Shown in pieces: positions 1 to 13,286 of a stretch of DNA of 64,000 nucleotides; within the stretch, counting starts at the first letter, position 1, and each line of letters begins with the position of its first letter. Under the pieces are notes generated by a model. It made no database searches, had not been told where the DNA came from, and saw only the letters and a program-made list of their open reading frames with translations. A program made the position numbers and the translations under genes. This stretch comes from Cycas panzhihuaensis (lineage: Eukaryota > Plantae > Cycadophyta), in NCBI GenBank assembly GCA_023213395.1, contig CM041465.1:184209741-184273740 (forward strand), given 5' to 3'.

Positions 1-241
1 TCTTAGGAACAGGATCGTGGAGTGGTGGCAGATCCAAATCAAAGGCCACGCTATGTATAGATTTTTGAAGAAGCTCGACTGGATCAAAAGACAAATCAAA
101 GTCTAGAACAAGGAGGTCTTCCAAAACATTCATGAGTAGAAGGACAAAGTCATTTTCGACCTGAAAGCTGTAGAGGAAAGGATTGAGTGCACCGGCAGAT
201 CCTCTGAGATAGACAAGACAGAAAAGGAGCTAGTTGAGAAG

Positions 242-3200
242 TTGGACGAGATTCTCATCAGAGAAGAAATTCTCTGGAGACAAAAATCCAGGGCCCTTTG
301 GTTGGCGGAAGGGGACAGGAACACAAAATTCTTTCACATGACCACAGTAAAGCATAGGGCTAGCAACATAATTTCTAGCCTCCTTAGGGATGACGGCTCG
401 ATTGTTAGCTCTATGGAGGGTATGAAGGAGTTGGCTAGCGATTACTTTAAGGATCTTTTCACCGAACCCCAGGACGGGGATTTGGACAGTAGGAAAGATT
501 TCTTAAATAACATTCATAGGCTGGTGAATGAAACTCAAAACGAACAGTTGATTGCTCCGTTCACCCTTGAGGAAGTCAGGGCGGCCCTCTTTAGCATGAA
601 GAAAGATAAAGCCCCGGGCCCTGACGGTTTCCCTCCCGGCTTTTTCCAGGAATATTGGGATATTATTCAAGGTGACCTTATGGAAGCTTTGCAGGAATTC
701 TACACAAACAAACAGATCCTGCAGGAATGGCAGACCACTTTCCTTGTCCTCATCCCAAAGAAAGAAGGAGCGAAAAGGATGGAAGACTTCCATCCCATTA
801 GTCTCTGCAATGTCAAATACAAGATTTTGACCAAGGTTCTGGTCAACAGACTTAAGAGCATCATGCCAAACATTATTTCCCACAACCAGGATGGGTTCCT
901 TCGAGGCAGGCAGATTTACGATGGTTACATTATTGTCCACGAAACAATTCATTCCGCTGCTGCAAGAAAGGAGCCAGCAATGTTGATCAAGATCGATCTC
1001 ACGAAAGCCTTTGATAGGGTCTCCTGGGATTGCTTGCTGACCGCTAGAGGCTTTTGGCTTTGGTGATCTCTGGCGAACCTGGATTAAGCTGTGCATTGGG
1101 AATCCCCAATTCTCCGTCATTATCAACGGTTCATCCTCCAGGTTCTTCCCGGGATTCAGGGGTTTGAGGCAAGGTGACCCCCTCTCCCCCTTTTTATTTA
1201 TCACGCTGGCTGAGCTGCTGGGTAGAACCTTGGAGTCGGCCAGGAGGCTTGGTTCCTTAACTGGGATTAAATCGACATCGGGGGTGGACAATGTGGTTCA
1301 CCACCAATTTGTTGACGATAATATTCTCCTTGGGAAGGCCTCCGTCAGGGAGGCTTCCAGATTTAAAGATATTCTGGGGCATTTTAAGAAATCCACGAAC
1401 CAGAAGATAAGCCTCAAGAAGAGTAGTGTCTTCTTTATAAACACCCTGGGTCACGCCCAAGGCAGGATTAGCAGAATTCTAGGTATGGATATAAAGAAGC
1501 TTCCCACAATTTACCTAGGCTTGCCCCTTTTTGTTGGGAAGATGTCTAAGGAAATGTGGAACCCGCTTTTAGATAGAATGCAAAGGAAGCTAGCGGGCTG
1601 GAAGGGAGCCCTCTTGAGTTCAGTTGGAAAGCTCCAGCTTACCGCCTCTACTCTCCAGAGCATTCTAGTGTTCTGGATGTCCATCTTCAGGGTCCCGACG
1701 GGCATCTCAGACACTATCGAATCAATTCAGAAAAGATTTCTTTGGTCTGGAACAGAAAGCAAAGATAGGATGCACCTAGTGAGCTGGAACAAAGTTTGCA
1801 CCCCGAAATGGGCTGGTGGCCTCAATTTGCGCAGACTCTCTCTCTTCAATGTAGCCCTTGGGGCAAAGCTCGGGTGGAGATTGTTCAAAGGTGGAGAGAG
1901 ACTCTGGGAGAGGATTCTCTCTAGAAAATATATTCAGGGGGGCTCCTTCTTGGATAGTAGCATCCCGTCGGCCGGCTCTACCGTCTGGAGGAGCATCCTC
2001 AAAGCATGGGAGGCTATCAGGGATGGCCTAAAATGGAAACTGGGCGATGGAAATTCCATAAGATTTTGGGATGACGTCTGGTGTTGCGACAAGGCCCTGA
2101 AGGAGTTTCCAGACCTAGTGCCTATGATGGGCCCTTGTGTTAGGCAATACCAAGACTCGACTAGAGATTACTGGATCGAGAGAGAAGGTGGCAGGAGCTG
2201 GAGGAAATTCGCTGCCTGCAGGAGGGCTGCTTTAAGATCAATAGGATCTTAAGTAAAAGTTATATCCCCGAGTCCGGCGCAGGATTCGATGGTGTGGCCT
2301 TCTAGCTTGTCCGGGGAGTATACTGTTCAACAGGGATACCAATACTTATGCTTAAAAAGAGGGGACAAGAAAAACCCAATGCTGGAAAGGGTTTGGAGGC
2401 TTCCCCTCATCCCAAAAATTACTTTTTTCTGGTGGACCTGCCTCATGAACAAAATCCTCACTTTGGACAACCTCCAAAGGCGAGGATTTATGTTGGCCAA
2501 CAGATGTGTCCTATGCTGCAAGGGGGTGGAGTCCATTGATCACATTATCCTAGAGTGCCCTTTCATAAGGGAGATCTGGAGGATGTTGCTCGAAAAATTT
2601 GAAGTGTGCTGGACCTTCTCGCAAAAGATTACAGAACTGTGGCTGGCATGGCAAAGCCCATTCAATAGCAATAATCTTAGTCGCATCTGGAAAAATTCAC
2701 TTCCGATATTGCCATGGAATATCTGGAAAGAAAGAAACAACAGGATCTTCCAAGGAAAAGGAATGGACCAGACGGGGGTTTACAATAGAGTCTGTTTGGA
2801 CATTAAAGAAAATGTCAGTAATGTTAAGGAAAAACGCATAACTCCGACAGAAAATAGGATTTTACTCAAATGGGATACAGATCCTAAAATAGTTGCTTCT
2901 AAACTTAGAAGCACCAGATGGATACCCCCGGTGGAGCCTTGGGTCAAAATCAATTTTGACGGGGCTACAAAAGCTAACCCTGGGGAAGCCGGGGGTGGGG
3001 GTATCTGTAGGGACTGTAAAGGGTCCATTATTTGGGCCTCATGACTACTATGAAACCCAGACAAACAATTATGCGGAGATGCATGCTATGCTTAAAGCTA
3101 TCGATTTAGCTCGCATAGGGGGCTTCCAGCGGTTGGTGATCGAGGGGGACTCTGAGGTCGTTATAAATTCGCTAAAAGGTAGGGCCCGCCCAGACTGGAA

Positions 3201-3405
3201 ATTCCAGGCTATAATTAATGATGCCAAAGATTCTATTAAGGGTTGGTCGGAGGTCTGTATTAGACACACCTTGAGAGATGGTAATAAGGCAGCTGATTAT
3301 TTGGCAAATTGGGGGGTAAGGAACAAGGGGGGGCAAGTGTGGAGAAGTGATTTCCTTAAGGACCTTCTGGATCTGGTGGAGAAGGATATGACCGGTAATA
3401 GCTAG
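242..3405 (+). pseudogene. Disrupted LINE ORF2 polyprotein (reverse transcriptase / zf-RVT / RNase H)
   Basis: Continuous homology broken by stops or frameshifts near 1040-1066, 2250-2290 and 3044. Confidence 0.9.
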
Positions 3406-3551
3406 CCGCGGGGCTTGTCCCGGCTTTTATTTATTTCTTTTTGCCTATACCGTGGGGTTGTCACGATCTTCCCTGTCTTGGTAATAATGGCCATGAGCTT
3501 GTCCCGGCCTCTTATTTCTCTTTGCCTATACCGTGGGGTTGTCACGGTCTT
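3394..3551 (+). repeat. Two-copy tandem duplication (~85-bp period) in the LINE 3' UTR
   Basis: gcttgtcccggc..ttgcctataccgtggggttgtcacg occurs at ~3413 and ~3497. Confidence 0.85.
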
Positions 3552-4439
3552 ACCTACTTGTCCTTTGATGTACTAGGTTGTGAGATCCTGTTTTCAAACC
3601 CACTTTAATTCTTTTTACCTTACCAAAAAAAAAGTATATTAACATATTCCAACAACCCACCCATATGACCTCATGCCTATTCTGAAAGGGGCTTAACCCC
3701 TTAACATTTAGCCACCCCATATTTTAAAAAAGGTACCTATACAATTTCTAACATAACTTCATAATCTAAAGTCAGAATTCAGTTTCGAAAGTTGCTTGAA
3801 ATCCTAACTCAGACGCTGACATTTTAACTAGTTAAGTATTTTTTATATTGTTTTGACATGGAAAATATCGTGCAATTTTAACATAACCAATTGAGACCAT
3901 GTAAGTTCAGGTACATGACTTAAGCTAGCAAATTTCTTTATAATTTTTTAATATTATTACTTTAATTCAATACGTTATTAATCATTTATTAATTTGATGA
4001 ATTAATCATATTATTTTATCATGTATTTTTTAATAAATTCATTCAATTTATTTATAAGTAATTTAATTATTTTCTTAATATTTTTAATTAAAAATATTTA
4101 CAAATTTAATTTTATTCTTGATTTGTATGATTAAAACATAATTTTAAAGTATTTGCAATCAATTTTTAATGTGTTAATTAACATTCATATTTTATTCATA
4201 AATACTTATGCATCTTTATCTAGTTTAATTTAATATTATTTTGTCTTAATTATTGAAATAAATGTTATGATTATCTTTATTTAATATTTATGGCTTAAAT
4301 GTTTCAATTCTGAAGCTTATTCTTTCTTTATAGTCACTTTATCCTTTCTTTTATTTTTCATTAAAAGAGGATCTCTGAATTTAGGTTTCTGCTCCCAAAA
4401 TGACAATCAGGCTAGGGATCTCAATTCTAGTTTTAACCA

Positions 4440-7400
4440 ACATAAATTATGTCGACTAGAAAGTCAAAGTATCCAACCACCTCAAGTAACAAAAGATTTA
4501 GTAATACATGACTGAAGAGTTTGTGAAACCTACTGACAAAATAGTTATTTGATAAACTATAATAGAAGCTTAAGCACCATCTTAACCTCTCTCTTGCTAT
4601 ATATGCATAAGTATTTTAATGATTCAGATGATTTTTCCACCGTCCAAGCTAAGCTTAAGGAAAAATATGATAAGGTAAATACACAATAAGTCATCATTCT
4701 TGAAAAAAGATACATGGCTTAAAGTATGAAGATTTCTTATCAAACCTTTAACTTATAAACACTAACTTAGGAAATTATATTAAATCTTTAATAAAAATAG
4801 ATGATAAAATCGTAACTACTACTCACGCAAAAGATGATAATACACTTGTCCACTTAGCCATTAACAAACTTCCTAAATCTTTCAATGAATACAAAACTGC
4901 TAGGTAGTAGTGTAGACACCATCCAATTATATTTAATCAATTAATAAACTAACTAGTTGAATACCAGACTATGTTAATTTAAACTAAAAAAATTTGAGAT
5001 CATTCTTAGGCTCTTTTTTTTAAGTCTAGGCTACAAAATAAACCCCAAAACCAAAATAATAATCATAATAGTCATCTTAAATTCTAAAATCCTCACAGAG
5101 ATTCTGTTTCAAACAATTATAATCAAAATCCTAAATACTCATGACCATCAAAAAATCAAAATCCACTTAAGCAATCATTATAAGAAAAGAATAATTTCAA
5201 AACTAATAATAATCAAAATGCTAGTTGTGCCTACTTCCATAAAAATGAGCACACAATAAACATTTGTAGGAAAAGAATTACCTCTAAAGCATGGAAAACT
5301 TTAAAAGGGGTCCAATTATGATCCCACAATAATTCTCTAATTATTACTACTTCTATTTTTTCTACTCCTAATTTATAACCACCCTTGTGGATCTTGGATT
5401 CTGGTGCTTCTCACCATATGATTGGACACTAAGAATACCTATCCACCTATCTACTTAATTCTAATTCTAAAGAAGAAATCTCTCTCAAAAGTGGTTTATA
5501 ATTAAAAGTCAAAAGAACTAGTGATGTATCTTTTAAATATGGTTATATTAAGGACGTATTTTATATTTTAGGTCCATTACCCAATCTTTTATCTATTTAT
5601 CAAATTTGCCAAAAGGATCTCATTTTCAAATTCTGAAAGATAAACTTGTTATCAAGCAACTTGTTAATAAATTTAAACCTATTACTTCAAGACGTGGTGG
5701 CTATAAAATAGGTCTATATAGCTTGATAAATTTAAATCAATCTAAAACTAAACCCTTCACTACTTTTATATCTAAATCTGACCTAGTTAGTAAACTCTGC
5801 CATGCATGCTTTAGTCATATAAGTTATGAAAAACTACAATATTTAAATCAACATTATATGGTACATAGGCTCCCATCCTTATCAACGATTTACAGTGTTT
5901 ATAAAGCTTGTGTAACAGGTAAATAACACATGGATCCCTTTACTCATCAAACCTTGTTTCGAGCAAAATTACCCCTTGAACTTGTGTATTCAAATATTTG
6001 TGGTCCCTTCTAAGTATCATTGTACTCTGGAAGTAAATATTTTGTTACTTTTATTAATGATTTTTTTAGAAAGCGTTGGATCTATATTCTCAAAACTAGA
6101 AGACATGTATTTGATATCATTATCAAATTCAAAATATTTGTTGAAAAATTAATCCAACTCAAAAGTTAAAATCCTTAGATTTGACAATGCTAAGGAATAT
6201 TTGAGTAATTAATTCACTTTATTTTATAAAAAGCATAGAATAAGATTTTAACATTTCATTGTCTCTACACCCCAATAAAATGGTATTACCTAATACAAGA
6301 ACCGTACCCTAGATAAAATGACCAGATGCATGTTATATGTAAAAGGTCTTGACCTAAAACTGTGGGCTAAAGTAATAACCTGCTTCAACTATTTGTTAAA
6401 TTGATTACCAAGTAAATCTTTACATAATGTTACACTAGAAAAAAAGTGGTCTAGTTGTAGACTGCATGTAAAACATCTTAAAATCTTTAGAAGCATTACT
6501 TGGGGACACATTCTAAATGAAAAATATAAAAAACTAGATCCTAAAAGCTCTAAATTTATCTTTGTTGGATACAACAAAGAAAGTAAATCTTATAGGTTAC
6601 TATATCCTATCACACATAAAATCTCAATTCTGTGTGATGTCATTTTTGATAAAGAGGGATCTTTATCAAACTCTAATCAAGTAGAACTTCCTATTGAAAG
6701 TCTATTAACTAACACTTACTTAATAGACCTTTAGAAAAATAAGATGGCAATGAAATAATTAAAAGTTTATTCGCATAAGTAAAAAATTAAACTCTAATTG
6801 AACCTAATATATTAGATCCATCTCCTTCTTTCAATTAATCTTCTAAAAATAAACAACTTGTTTGGGCTTAAGAAACCCTTTTTGACGTTGGTTCTGATAC
6901 TAGTAATCTATTAGATAGTACAAGAACTCAATCACAAAAGTTACAAACTAATTTTGCCTTAATGGCCAATAATGATCCTAAAATATTTAGGGAAGCTTGT
7001 GATAATCTTATATGGTACCAAGCCATGTAGATAGAATATGATGCTCTTCTAAAAAAATTAATTTAGGATTTAGTTCTATTACAACGGTGTAAAAATTTGG
7101 TAGATTATAAATGGGTTTACCGAACTAAATATAACTCTAAAGGAGTTATAGAAAAATATAAGGTACATTTGATAGCCAAAGATTTCTCTCAAATTAATAA
7201 TATTGACTATACTAAATCTTTTGCTCCTATTGCAAAAATGAATATAATTAAAACTATTATTACTCTTGTAGCTAAATTTGGCTGGTAAATACATTGAATA
7301 GATGTAAATAACACTTTTTTAATGGTGACCTTAACGAAGAAATATATATATCCCAACCTCTTGGTTTCATGTTTAATTCTAACCTCATTTGTAAATTTAA

Positions 7401-8939
7401 AAAATCTTTATATAGTCTTAAACAAACCCCTCGGGCTTGGTATATAAAAATAGATAATTATTTACTTCAAAATGAATACACTAAATGCATTAGCAATCCT
7501 AAATTCTATTTCAAATGCAAAAGTGATAATATCACTATTCTAATTCTTTATGTTGATAATATTATCATAACTTGATCTTTACTTTTCGATATTCATTAAT
7601 TAAAGTCCATTCTAATGAATAATTTTGAAATGATAGACTTAGGTCTTCTACACTATTTTCTTGGTCTACAAATCTATCAGTCCAAATCAAAAGTATATAT
7701 TTCACAACCTAAGTATATTATTGATCTAATTAAAAGATTCAATATGGAAAATTCAAAATAAGAACGAACTCCTCTACAATAAGATGTAAAATTATTAACT
7801 AATTATCAAACCTCACCTCATGATCCCATGTTATATCGTCAGTTAATAGGTAGTCTTATTTACCTAACCCACACTCACTTAAACATTTCCTATACTATTG
7901 CTTTGTGTTCCACGTCTACACAAAAGCCCCATGAATCATATTGAAAAGCAATAAAATGAATTCTACAATATCTGTAAGGTACAATCTATTATAGCCTAAC
8001 ATATAATTTCTATAATACTAATCTAAACTTGGCAGGTTATACTAATTCCGATTAGGCAAGAGATTCAGATGATAAAAAATCTACAACTAGATATATATTA
8101 TTTCTTGATTCCTCACCTATTACATGGTGCAGCAAAAAGATGTAATCATTAATACTATCTATAATAGAAGCTAAATATTGAGTCTTGGTAGAAGTTATTA
8201 AGGAATCTCTTTGGATTAAAGTTTTATTGAATGAACTTGATTTATTTTTTGATTCTTCTATTCAAATAAAAGTTAATAATCAAGGTGCAATTTCTATAGC
8301 CACTAATCCTATAGCATACTCCAGAATTAAACATATAGAATTGTATCAACATTTTATTTGTAATCTTATAAATTATAATATTGTTAATCAGTCTTATTGT
8401 TCTATAAATTTATGGATTGTTAATATACTAACAAAGCCATTAATAAAAGTTAAGTTCATCAAGTTATGAGAGCTATTAAAGATTGATGAAGTCTTCATCA
8501 AAGGGGGATTAACGTGCTGAAGTTTTTATTATCTTCTTCATCCTCTATTGTACTAAAGATAACATTAAAGGGGGGTGTGAGAAATAATCTTTATGTTCCA
8601 ATGTTATCTTTGTAAAACTCAATTATTGTAAAGTTTAATTATTATTTACTAAAAGTTTAGTGAAATGGACAATTGTTCATTCCAATGAACTTTACTCTAT
8701 CTTCTCAGAATAATTATTTGAGAATTATTCATGCATGAAGGTTAACTACGAGGTTATTAGGTCTACTTAGTAGAAGAGAGAGAGGCTGAGATCCTTTGAT
8801 TTGGTTGTATACATTTCTATTATAATATAATATATATTTTTATGAGGTGGTTTTTCCTCCCCTATAAGGGTTTTCCACTTGCCAAATTATGTTGTATTGT
8901 CTGATTGATTTTGAGTTCACTTTATTTGATATTATACCA
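4440..8939 (+). mobile_element. Highly decayed Ty1/Copia element (gag-PR-INT-RT-RH) with PPT and probable 3' LTR from 8576; 5' LTR not found
   Basis: Relic motifs DSGASHHM (~5395), ELVYSNICGP (~5980), KWVYRTK..YKVHLIAK (7097-), LYSLKQTPRAWY, LYVDN and HIELYQHF. PPT aaaggggg precedes tgtgag at 8576. Many stop codons; LTR right end approximate. Confidence 0.85.
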
Positions 8940-9049
8940 GTGGCTTGATAATGATACCCTCTCTCCAATAGTTTCTATCATTCATTTTCTATTGGTGACT
9001 TGGTATTTCTCTATCTTTAACCCTATAAGTAACAATTTATTAATAAAAA

Positions 9050-9430
9050 TTAAAACCATAAGTTTAACCACCATTATTATGAGCCATACAAAGTAGTATA
9101 GTGAATTGGTAAAATTGCTTATGCCCTTGAACTGCCACCCAATACCAAGATTCATAATATTTTTTACACTGTATGTCTTTAAAAACATCTTAGTAAAACC
9201 ATTATCCCCTAGACTATTCTCCTAATCCTTGATGAAGAACAACTCCTCATTGTCCCACTAGACCACATCTTAACTAGTCAGCTATTTTGACTCTATAATA
9301 GGACCATCTTTGAGTATTTGGTGTAGTGGGTCAGTTGTGAACTAAAGGAAGTAATATGGGAATCAATAGAATTTGTTAACCAATATCCACATCTTAGTGG
9401 CTTTGAGAACTCAACATCTAAGGGGAGGGG
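9050..9430 (+). mobile_element. 3' remnant of a chromoviral Gypsy (integrase GPY/F tail, chromodomain, PPT)
   Basis: Translates as AYALELPPNTKIHNIF... and EYLV*W...WES. Purine tract aggggagggg at 9421-9430. Confidence 0.65.
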
Positions 9431-10038
9431 ACCTATTATTAATAATGAAACCTGACTCCTAGCATATGCGACTAAGGAACTTGATTGTTAGTATTGGCCA
9501 TTAACCTTTATACACAAGCCATTTATTCCTACTAATAAAATTGGGTGCCACTTGCACCTATAAATGGGATTCTATGAAAGAGGCCTTTATTGTCTATTTA
9601 AAGCCCTATTAAATATAGTCAAGTTATTATTGTATATTGAGATCTTTTATAAGAGTGTACTAGGATATGTCTTTTAGTGTCCCTTTCAATAATATTTGCT
9701 GCTTATTAATAAAAGAGAGGCAAATTACTATAATAATACTATAATATTATGTTATTTAAGCTTGGTAATTCAAATATTTATGGTCAATACTATGATAGAA
9801 CCATCTCAAAATGCCTTGATCACATGATAATATTATGTCTATGGCCTTTAATTAATGAAATTTTAATAAGAGGAGATGGGGTTATAATCCTTTTTAGAAC
9901 TAATGCTTAATTTAAATTTATTTTTTTCCTAATTTATATACTGTATGATTATTTTTTCTAAAATGTTATGTTTTTCTAGGGCTAGGGAGCTATTCATTTT
10001 TTTTTTAATTTAGATAAATTAAGAATATTATCTTCAAA

Positions 10039-10755
10039 CTTTGATACCAAAATGTGATGAAACTACTTCCTAGTAAGAGTTATCAAACACATTTATGTAA
10101 TATTTCAATATGATGTAATAATTTTTTAGTAGATAAAAGAAAACATAGTTCTCTCATTTCTTCCATATTCACTAAAGATTTTTAGAGTAAAAAAATAAGC
10201 AATGAAACATGTCACTTTCAATTAGAAAACCAAATCATTTCAGATAATAATAATATTTTCTTTATTTAAAGTAGAGCTTTAGTAGGTATGCATAATACAA
10301 TAAATAATTCCCATAAGTCAGTGAGGGAGGTTTTTTAGAGGTTAATTGCTTGTGCTTAAATTAGGCTCATCACAAGCCCTTAATACTAACCATATCTAGT
10401 AATCATAAACAATGACTTGCTATAATTTCCAGGCTCTATGATGAGTTTACAACTACAACCCTCTTGATCTTTATTCTAGTGAAGGGGAATCCAACCTCGT
10501 ATGCTTTAAAATTCCTCCTCAATGTAGGAATGCAACCCTTAGGTCTCATAATTCCTTATCATGTCCTCCTCTAATTTCCTCCCTCATTTAACTAATATAC
10601 ATGATATTTTTTTCAAAAGGTAATAACCTCTTATCATTTCATACTTTTCATAAATAACTTAACTAATTATTAGTTGACATGTTTATTCTTCAATCATAAG
10701 GGTTTTCCTCGTCCTAGTTTTTATTTTGAAGCTTAGGGAAGTTTGGTATGTGACA
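10039..10755 (-). mobile_element. Possible orphan LTR with adjacent tRNA-Met PBS remnant
   Basis: tttgatacca (reverse complement of tggtatcaaa) at 10040-10049, followed by a tgtga...tgaca-bounded segment at 10053-10755. No partner LTR seen. Confidence 0.35.
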
Positions 10756-11072
10756 TAGTAGGGGGGATTCATTATGTACTCCAATTAATGATGATTGATA
10801 TGGACTCATCCATCAAACTTATAAGTATTTAAGGATACTTAGGTTGAGTATTATAATAGAAGTTGATATTGCTCAGAGCATATTACAAGCCATGACGAAC
10901 TAGAGGAACCCTTACCTTAAAAATAACAACTATCTATTTTCTAATTATCTTATACTTAAAAAAACCATTTTTAATTTATTATTCTTATTATCATTTTCAC
11001 TTTGTGTGTGTGTGCACACACACACACACACGCGCGTGCGCGCGCATACACACACACACACATACGTGCACT

Positions 11073-11486
11073 TATGTAATGTAATAAAGAATGTCAGGAG
11101 TGATGCCCTTAGGAAACTTTGGCTCAACACGATGCCCTTATGTTGAAGTGGCAAATCTCTAAATTCTCTAAATGACATTAGATAAGTATGAGGTGGAGTT
11201 CCACACAAGTTTTTGCATATAAGACATCCCATAGTTTGTAAAGTTGTAAATGATCTTAGACATAAGTAGCACATTATAGTTCATTCACTATTATCATAGT
11301 CCTTGGCTTCCAGGGATTGCACACTTTTGTGTCTTAATATAATTATTTATAATTTGACAAAGAAGTGATAATATCACACAAGGGTCATTTGCTCCATGTT
11401 GCATCTTTATTAGACAAGATATATCATAAATATGGGCCCAAAGGTGAGTATCGTATTACAAATGACTTTTTTTTTATTGCATTATA
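11073..11486 (+). mobile_element. MITE-like element, copy 1 (~410 bp, imperfect TIRs, flanked by TG/CA microsatellite)
   Basis: Starts tatgtaatgtaataaagaatgtca and ends tgacttttttttttattgcattata (imperfect inverted termini). Non-coding. The body is the reverse complement of 11590-11928. Confidence 0.6.
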
Positions 11487-11554
11487 TAAACACACATACA
11501 TGCACTAGTGTGTACACACATATATATCTATGTGTGTGTGCGTGTGTATGTTTA

Positions 11555-11951
11555 TATAATATAATAAAGAATGTCACTAGTGATGTGCAACTCACCTTTA
11601 GGCCCATACTTATGATATGTCTTATCTAATAAAGATGGGTGACATAGCAAATGACCCATGTATGACATTATTGCTTCTTTTTCAAATTATAAATAATTAT
11701 ATTAAGACACAAAATGGTACCATCCCTTGAAACCAAGGACTATGATAATAATGAATGAAATACTAAGTGTTATTTATATCTAAGATCATTTATAACTTTA
11801 TAAACTATGGGATGCCTCGTATAAAAACTTTTATGGAACTCCACCTCATGCCTATCTAATGTCATTTATAGAATTTGGAGGTTTGCCACTTCAACACAAG
11901 GGAATCGTGTTGAGCTTAAGTTTCTTAGTTATTGGCAATCTTTATGTTATG
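11555..11951 (-). mobile_element. MITE-like element, copy 2, inverted relative to copy 1
   Basis: Starts tataatataataaagaatgtca and ends tggcaatctttatgttatg. The body aligns antisense to 11110-11449. Confidence 0.6.
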
Positions 11952-12280
11952 AATTCATATCATATGTATTTTGTGTTATCTAATTTGATTTAAAAAGAAA
12001 AGACCTAAATGTCCTTAAGGTGATAAACATATAGACATTGTTGTTGAGTTAGTTTATATTATGTGCATGAAATGACTTTATTGAATTATGAAAAAAGGAT
12101 TATTATTTATCAAGTGTGTTCCACCAGCTACTACACCAAATCACTTCCATCAATAAGAAACACAATACATCTATTGGTAGAAGTGTAATGGCTATTTAAG
12201 ATGCCCCGCTTGAGAAGTAAAAACTAGGCATGTGGTCACCTACATGTTGCTCCCACTTAAAGGTGGTTAAATAAGAAATA

Positions 12281-12850
12281 ACTTGCGAAGTTACTCCCTT
12301 ATGGAAAGCCCATAAGGGTCATTATAACATTAGTGGGGTTTATAAAAACATGACCACATAGTAGGAGGGGCTACCTAATTTTTATTAACAATTCTAATTT
12401 CATTATTTCAAACCTCTCTCTTAGTCACATGTTTTTTTTTTTTTTCAAGTAATAATTAATGTGACTAGCATTAGAAACATTGCAAAGTAAATATAAATCA
12501 ACTTTATGCTTGAGAATTTAAACCAAATATAATTTAAATCTCCTTACATTAAGAAGACCAACCATTGACTTACAAAGTTACTCCCTTATGTAAAGCCCAT
12601 AAGGGTCATTACAATGTTAGTGGGGTCTCTAAAAACATGACCACATAATAAGAGGGGCTACCCATTTCTTATTAGCAATTCTAGTTTCATTATTTCAAAC
12701 CTCTCTCTTAGTCACATGCTTTTTTTTTAATATTTGGAGCAATGATTAATATGACTATCATTAAAAACATTACAAGTAAATATAAATCAACTTTATGCTT
12801 GAGAGTTTAAGCCAAGTATAGTTTGAATCTCTTTACATTAAGGAGACCAA
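12281..12850 (+). repeat. Direct tandem duplication, 287-bp period (12281-12561 and 12568-12850)
   Basis: aagttactcccttatg..aagcccataagggtcatt..aacctctctcttagtcacatg..aaatcaactttatgcttgaga..ttacattaag.agaccaa is present twice. Confidence 0.92.
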
Positions 12851-13212
12851 CAGCTTTCCTTTTTTATTTTTCGAATTTTTTTTTTGGCGGTGGTAGTCGC
12901 CCTTTTTTTTTTTTAATTCTTTTGAAGCGATCAACTATCGTGGATATTAGGTGAGACTATTTTTTGATCCCTACTCCAATTTGAAATTAATCCCCACTTG
13001 AGACCCTTGTTCTGCACGATACATAGCCGTTACAGAGATCAGAAGTTTGAGTCACGTTAATCCCAACAGGCATTGTGTTTCTATCCAAAAAGTCAGACAT
13101 AGAGAAACTCGTTTAAAATATCGGGCGCTCAAAATGCGACCACTTTATGGCCAGGTCAGCAAATGCGACGTTCAGACCGAGAGCAGGACAGGGTAAACTG
13201 GCTAGAGGTGCA

Positions 13213-13286
13213 TGACGTGGTTCCATCCGACACGCTCGTTTATCTTCATCGGACGGCAGAGAGCTGATCAGCATGCACTATAAATA
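13213..13286 (+). promoter_or_regulatory. Core promoter of the LC8 gene: TGACGTGG (Hex/ACGT bZIP motif, 13213-13220) and TATA box (TATAAATA, 13279-13286)
   Basis: Consensus matches ~290-350 bp upstream of the ATG, within a CpG-retaining region (about 12890-13900) that contrasts with the CpG-poor TE surroundings. Confidence 0.6.

Larger units (their letters stand above)
1..3633 (+). mobile_element. L1-clade LINE retrotransposon, 3' portion (ORF2: RT, zf-RVT, RNase H; 3' UTR; poly-A); 5' end lies outside the window
   Basis: ORFs 242-1066, 1164-2252, 2289-3044 and 2893-3405 carry plant L1 motifs: WLAEGDRNTKFFH, KAPGPDGF, PISLCN, RQGDPLSPFLF, QFVDD, YLGLPL, CVLC..ESIDH...C, KINFDGA, IEGDS, REGN-like RDGNKAADYLA. 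A9 tail at 3625-3633. Confidence 0.95.

Noticed and set aside
503-1291. 262-aa minus-strand ORF
   Set aside because: Antisense shadow of the LINE RT with no independent motif. The same applies to other antisense ORFs over TE pol regions, e.g. 59391-59960 and 44263-44688.
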